Both the position numbers and the translations under genes were made by a program. From contig MU004189.1 in assembly GCA_010093605.1 (NCBI GenBank), positions 1,557,834 through 1,621,833 of the forward strand: 64,000 bases of DNA, given 5' to 3'. Below, piece by piece: positions 58,157-64,000 of the stretch; position 1 is the first letter of the stretch; the number at the start of each line of letters is the position of its first letter. Under the pieces are notes generated by a model, which was not told the origin of the DNA, made no database searches, and saw nothing but the letters and a program-made list of their open reading frames with translations. Source of the DNA: Lophium mytilinum (taxonomy: Eukaryota).

Positions 58157-60232
58157 ATGTGCATAGTCAGTGTAACCGAAGCCGCATCCTGCGGCCACCC
58201 CGTCGAAGAGGAAAACCAACTTTGCGGCAAAGCCCGCCGCAATTACAACCAGGAATGCGTCCCGTCCACTCGCATTATCGAAGGTAGGGTCCCTGGCCTC
58301 TGTCGCGGCTGCCGCGAAGCAGACATGGACCGCCGTGACATGGCCGACACAGCTCGCGTGACCGAGGCCTCACGTCGCGCTGCTGCTGCCAAGGAAGATG
58401 AACGCCTCCGCTCTACTCTGGAGGCATCACGCCGCCAGGCGCCCGAACGGTGGGAGGCCAACCTGCAATCGGTCCTCGAACGCTCCAAGCGCGAAGCGCC
58501 CCCAGCAGGCTGGGACAGCGACATCGATGCTGTGCTCGCTGCTTCCCGTGCAGACTTCGAGGCCCAGGAGGCAGCACGGGAGGCGCAGGAGGTTGAGATG
58601 CTGTTGGCGGCGTCGATGAGGGACTGGTCAGAGCAAATTGCACGTGCGCCGAAGGAGTACTACCGCTTCAATGTGAAGTTTTCGTGCGGGCATAAGGTCG
58701 ATATGGGGCAATCGAAGATCGAGAGGCAGCCGGGTGCGCAGGGGCCGGGTTACTTCGAGCAGGATGACCCGTTTGAATGTCCAGACTGTCAGGGTCGGGG
58801 AGGGTCGAGTATGGGGCCGGCGGTGAGGTGGGAGGCGCTGAGTCGACCGAGGCCGGAGAAGAAAAGAGAGGAGAGCGGAAGTGTGACGAGCGGTCAGGCA
58901 CCGGTAGGCAAGAGTCAGGCACCGGTAGGCAAGAGTCAGACGCCGATAACGAAGAGTCAAACAACGAGCTATATGGACGAGTTCGAGGACTTAGCGCCAG
59001 GGACAAAGGGGAAAGGGAGAAGGGACGAGGCGAGTGTGGCGAGGAGTGAGAGTCCGGCAGCAGTAACGGTATCGACATCTTCGAGAGTCGGAGGGTTGAC
59101 AAAGCAGATGGAGAAGATGGGTATTGAGAAACTGAAGCCGTTGGAGCATATCTTACCTTCAGCTGAGCAGATGCGCCAGAAACGTCTTGCTCACCTCGGC
59201 ACAATGCCAAAGACCTCAAGTCGGACAGGACAGCCTACTCCTCAGAGTACTACAGCTGCCTCCACATGTGGCCAAAATACTTCCCAAGCGCAAAGCTCTT
59301 CTTCCGGGCGTAAAGACTCCCAGTCCCAGATAGGCCTAGCAAGCCCGAAACCCCAGGCAGGTGCTGCAAGCCTTAAGACTACAGCAAGCCCCGGAAGCCA
59401 GCTGAATCTGGCGTTCAAAAAATCCGCGGAGACAAAAGCACCGGAGCCAGTATTGCCTCCCACAGAGAAGATGCGGCAGCAACGTCTCGCCCACCTGAGC
59501 GCATCGCAGCAACCATCCACATCGAAGAGAGGTACGCCTTCGCGAACTGAAGGTGCTTCCTCCGTGCGTGGCCCCACTGTTCCTCGACAGCAGGACACTA
59601 CTTCGGTACATGGGCAGCCTAGCTCACAGGTCGGCACTTCAGGTTCAAGCACTGTACTGGGGAGCCCTCGTAGTCAGCTGAGTCCAACAACTAAGAGACC
59701 CGCGGACGCAAAGAAAGCTGTCGAAGTAAAGAAGCCCATGGAGATCAAAAAAGAAGCGCGGCCTTTCTTGACTCCTGCAGAGAAGATGCGCCAGCAGCAT
59801 CTTGCGAATCTACGTGGATTGCAGCATGCTACTAGCGAGAGAGGGGAGTCTGCTTCACGAGCTGGAGGGTCTTCTTTGATGCGTGACGATAGCGCCTCAC
59901 AACGAAGTGACTCCGCTTCTTTGCGTGGGCAGCCTGACCCGCAGGTACGTACGGTGGGCCCGAGGACTGTAGTGGACTCTCAGGGTCTGCAAAGCCCGAC
60001 AGCCAAAAGACCTACAGAAATGAAGGGACCCGTCGCGGCCACGAGACCTGTGCAAGACAAGCCCGCAGTGCCCAAGCTTGGAGCAGTCAGTCAAGTTGCA
60101 GACAATCGAAGTACCGTAGGCAAGGCTCTGGAGCCAGTGGAAGAAGCTGAGGAGGAGAAAGACTCGGAATCTGAACCTGAGCCGGAAGACCCTGACTATG
60201 TCCGTCAGCAGCGCCTGGCGCGCTTCAAGTAG
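58157..60232 (+). CDS. Orphan 691-aa protein with Cys/His motifs, UIM-like repeats and four (E/D)xxRQxRLAx(L/F) repeats
   Basis: Single long intronless ORF with a good ATG. Internal repeats are visible in the translation. Confidence 0.8.
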   Translation: MCIVSVTEAASCGHPVEEENQLCGKARRNYNQECVPSTRIIEGRVPGLCRGCREADMDRRDMADTARVTEASRRAAAAKEDERLRSTLEASRRQAPERWEANLQSVLERSKREAPPAGWDSDIDAVLAASRADFEAQEAAREAQEVEMLLAASMRDWSEQIARAPKEYYRFNVKFSCGHKVDMGQSKIERQPGAQGPGYFEQDDPFECPDCQGRGGSSMGPAVRWEALSRPRPEKKREESGSVTSGQAPVGKSQAPVGKSQTPITKSQTTSYMDEFEDLAPGTKGKGRRDEASVARSESPAAVTVSTSSRVGGLTKQMEKMGIEKLKPLEHILPSAEQMRQKRLAHLGTMPKTSSRTGQPTPQSTTAASTCGQNTSQAQSSSSGRKDSQSQIGLASPKPQAGAASLKTTASPGSQLNLAFKKSAETKAPEPVLPPTEKMRQQRLAHLSASQQPSTSKRGTPSRTEGASSVRGPTVPRQQDTTSVHGQPSSQVGTSGSSTVLGSPRSQLSPTTKRPADAKKAVEVKKPMEIKKEARPFLTPAEKMRQQHLANLRGLQHATSERGESASRAGGSSLMRDDSASQRSDSASLRGQPDPQVRTVGPRTVVDSQGLQSPTAKRPTEMKGPVAATRPVQDKPAVPKLGAVSQVADNRSTVGKALEPVEEAEEEKDSESEPEPEDPDYVRQQRLARFK

Positions 60233-60838
60233 ATTATGGAGTAGAGTTGAAGGGGATGACAGGTAAGTTGGGAACCTAGCTGCTGGAATGGGCTAGTAGA
60301 TTTAATTCTGATTTGAGAAGATAATTGAGCAATGGAAGTTGAGAAAAACAGCTTTGATGTGAGCCTGATTTGAAGCCTGACGGACCTTGCGCTATACTGA
60401 TACTTTTACGATGTATTGGAGGACTTCAGACAGTACCAGGTAGGAAAGAGCGCAAAAATAGAGCTCAGATGCCAGCATGATATATGGCATGCAAAACTCG
60501 TATGTACATACATTGCAGCTTTTTAAATGCCCCGCTCAGGTTCTTCCTGAGCATTCTTTGACCAGACTCTGCCTTCTTTAAAGAACAAAATATCTTGCCG
60601 AGTTCTTCCCATCCCAGCTGTGAAAGTTAAATGCCTGCCTAGGTGGAGGTGCAATTTAATGAGCTAAAAACAGACGACTCTCATCCCAATCAGGAAGGTC
60701 GCTTTGACGCGTTTGCACGTGCGCCAATTGTGCCGCATCCCCTACCTTTGTAAGTACCTCACGCCCTCGCTGTTGATGGCAACCCTCTAAGGGTCATTTG
60801 CGGAGTCTCATCTTCGAGCTACTTGACTCATTGGGAAA

Positions 60839-63800
60839 ATGAACAACTCTATATCATTCCGCTGTGACGCGTCGGCGGACACCGCTTTCGGACCCGCTGT
60901 CAAAGGATGTCGCGACAACTTTGACTTTACCCTCGCTTTTGAGCAATATTTCTTTTCGATAGCACCAACAGTCGTGTTTCTTCTTGTTGCGCCCTTGCGA
61001 CTTCACCATCTTAGCTCGAAGCAAAATACGGTCGCTGGAAAGCCGCTGAGATCTCTCAAGCTGGTTCGTATGTTTGTATAATTCCATCTCATTATAGCTG
61101 ACAACGTGTATAAAGATCGCTATTGGCATATTTGCCTCTTTACAATTAGCTACTGTGGTGATATGGGCAACTCAAAGCCATTCCGACCTCCGAATCGCAT
61201 CCTCTGCGGCTGCTGGCCTCTCCTTCATTGCCAGCTTCTTCTTGTGCGGGCTGTCTTACCTGGAACACTCTAGATCTCTTCGCCCTTCCATTCTCCTCAA
61301 CGCCTATCTTTTCATCACTATGATTCTGGATGCAGCCATGCTTCGAACCTTGTGGCTGATGCCCACAAGCCGCCTTTCCCGTGATATCTTTACCGCGTCA
61401 TTCGCATTGAAAGGCGTAATAGTCTTCCTGGAAGCCAAAGAAAAGCGGCATTATCTCCTCCCCGGTACGAGGGGTAGTCCTGAAGACACTAGTGGGCTGT
61501 ACAACCAGACATTCTTATGGTGGCTTAACTCGATTATCAAGCAGGGCTTTCGTCATATTCTCAAGCCAAGCGATCTCTACCCAATGGATGAGTCTTTATC
61601 ATCGGAGGCTCTAAACAATAGGTTCTGGCAAGAATGGGAAAGACGTAAGTGATAATGTCCATGACATCGAGTTGGATGCTAATTGACTTATTAGCCCATA
61701 GTAAGAGCAAGCATGAGCTTGCCTTTGTGGTCACGAAAATGCTCAGATGGCCTTTGATTCTTCCAATTTTTCCTCGATTAGCTCTTCTAGGATTCACATT
61801 CTGTCAACCTCTTTTAGTCGGTAGACTCTTAGATTTCTTGCAAAACTCAGACCAGAAGCAATCCATCAACATTGGCTATGGGTTGATTGGTGCTTACGCG
61901 GTGGTTTACTTTGGTATGGCGGTAAGTGCCACAATCGAAGAACAAAGTGCCATAGCTGATGCGTAGTAGGTCTCAAATAGTCTCTATTCTCATCGCACGT
62001 TTAAATTTCTGACGATGCTTCGGGGAACCCTCGTGTCCGCAATTTATACCAAGACCACCGAGATCAGTATCGGTGCCCTCGATGACTCCGCCGCTGTTAC
62101 TCTTATGAGCACAGATGTGGAGAGACTCGTTAAAGGTCTTCGGGGCATGCATGACCTTTGGGCAAACGTTCTCCAATTCATCCTGGCTACATGGTTGCTA
62201 GGGGAGAAACTTGGGTGGGCCTGCGTTGCTCCTATCATAGTCACGATAGGTACCCGTCCAGCAGCCTTTAGCATCGAAATCCTGCTGATGGCATTCAATC
62301 TATAGTGTCCGCCGCGGTAACTTTGCGCCTCTCGTCAACGACCCAAAAGAAGCAGCTCAAGTGGATCATGCGAATTCAAAAGCGCATTGGTAGGTAGCAA
62401 CCTTCCGTATCTTGAATGCATGCTGACATCTAAATTCGTCCCAGGTGTTACTTCGAGTATGCTTGGTTCTATCAAAGGCATTAAAATAGCGGGTTTGACC
62501 AGAAAGCTCACGGACCTCATCCAAAATTTACGAAAAGATGAAGTCAAAGATGCCAAAGGCTTTTGGTTGCTCGGAGCTTATACCTCTACGCTAGGATTTG
62601 TTCCCCTCTTGATATCGCCCGTCGCAACGTTTGCCATCTTTGCCGTCATTGCGGCTAAAGACCATTCTACCATGGACGCCCCACGCCTCTTTACTTCCTT
62701 GTCATTACTGATGCTTTTGACTCAGCCGCTATTTTCCCTGTTCGGAGATATCGTCGACCTGAGGGCTACATTTGGATGCTTTGAAAGGATTGAGAAGTTT
62801 TTGCTATCCGAGACTAGATCCGACCACCGACTTGTGTTGTCCCCTCCATCCACATCATCGAGTCGAATGTCCCAGCCTGCACTATCCTCCAGGAGTCAGA
62901 ATTGGGATGCATCAAACGACAATATTGAGCTCGTCGGCATATCCCAAGTCTCCAGGAATCAGAACAGCATCGGGTCTAACTCCGGGATCGTAAGCATACG
63001 AGACGGCGCCTTCGGTTGGAAGCAAGACGAGGAGCCCGTGTTGCGAGACATTAATCTGGAAATTCGGTCATCGGAGCTGACGATGTTAATCGGTCCCGTT
63101 GCTTCTGGAAAATCCACTCTGCTGAAAGCTATTCTGGGTGAAACCCCAAGCTCAATGGGATTCGTTCATGTCTCAACACTTGATATAGCGTGGTGCGAGC
63201 AAACTCCTTGGCTCTCAGTAAGCCCCTAAACACTCACTGGCTCGTCTCCTTGCTGATGATATACTTCTCAGAACTCTTCCGTCCGAAAGACCATTCTTGG
63301 CTTCTCGAGCTTCAACCAGGACCATTACAAGGCTGTGGTCTACAGGTAAGTTCTCGGGCGCTGTTTTACTTCTTGGCTATACTAACTGTCCACAGCTGCG
63401 ATCTTGAGAATGATATCGACTCTTTTCCCAATGGTGATCAGACTATCGTAGGAAGTAATGGCGTTTCCTTGAGCAGCGGCCAGAAGCAAAGACTTGCAAT
63501 CGCTCGAGCAATCTACTCTAAGAGGAAACTTGCAATCTTCGATGATGTTTTCAGTAGCATGGATGCCACTACTCAGAGTAACGTTTTTGATCGTTTGTTT
63601 GGGCCTCATGGCCTATTGCGTCAGTGGGGAACAACGGTCATCATCGCTACGCATGCAGGTACTGTTCCTTATTTCGCGGTTTCTCCCTTGCGCTCCACTA
63701 ATGTAACGTACGTAGTGACACTTCTTCCACACGCTGATCACATCATTGCACTTGGAACCAATGGGAGAATAATAGAGCAGGGCACTTTCGACGAGTTGAA

Positions 63801-64000
63801 CGTTGCTGATGGATACGTTCGGAGCTTTTGTCTCAAGAGCCGTGTTCAAAGGCCCGCCGATGAGATAACGCCGACTGATGCAACTACGAGTGACGCCTCA
63901 AACCCGCCCAAGAAAAATGAGCCAAAATCCGCCGCTGCCGGAGACAAAGCCAGGCAACTCGGCGATTGGTCAATTTACCGCTATTATTTCCAAACTATTG
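60839..64000 (+). CDS. ABCC/MRP-type ABC transporter, 5' part (continues beyond the window)
   Basis: N-terminal DTAFGPAV.GCR..FDFTL.FEQ, TMD1, Walker A GPVASGKSTLL, signature LSSGQKQR and Walker B IFDD. Many short introns. Confidence 0.93.

Noticed and set aside
54849..64000. Secondary-metabolite gene cluster (oxidase, NTF2-like protein, ABC transporter)
   Set aside because: No backbone synthase or cluster regulator in the window, and the genes have no evident shared pathway.

Overview
Gene-dense window from a filamentous ascomycete (Pezizomycotina; short GT-AG introns with CTRAC branch points and RIP; probably a Dothideomycete, which is inference). It holds about 21 protein-coding genes plus one probable pseudogene. 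In order: the 3' end of a hybrid histidine kinase, SUA5, a single-Cys Prx5-type peroxiredoxin divergent from SKN7, eIF2B-epsilon, an Ariadne RBR ligase, con-6, a DIM-2-type DNA methyltransferase, a Prp2/Cdc28 helicase, DUF3431, URA4, a Gfo/Idh/MocA oxidoreductase, VTC4, SFK1-like, DSBA/FrnE-like, a Cys-rich membrane protein, RPN3, SPC34, a frameshifted nitroalkane oxidase, an NTF2-like protein, an orphan UIM/VBM-repeat protein and the 5' part of an ABCC transporter. An ~8.1 kb RIP-destroyed AT-rich element (29045-37148) has TIR-like ends and internal tandem repeats. The least explained signals are: (1) a ~1.3 kb TATA-led, heavily base-paired minus-strand non-coding region at 4209-5560 that ends in a hairpin plus ACA; (2) long fold-back structures inside two peroxiredoxin introns; (3) a second structured non-coding locus at ~27.7-28.5 kb; (4) an orphan protein with tandem UIM-like and VCP/Cdc48-binding-like motifs; (5) a ~107-bp-periodic motif array with an inverted copy at 50865-51330. 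All calls were made by eye and no searches were run.
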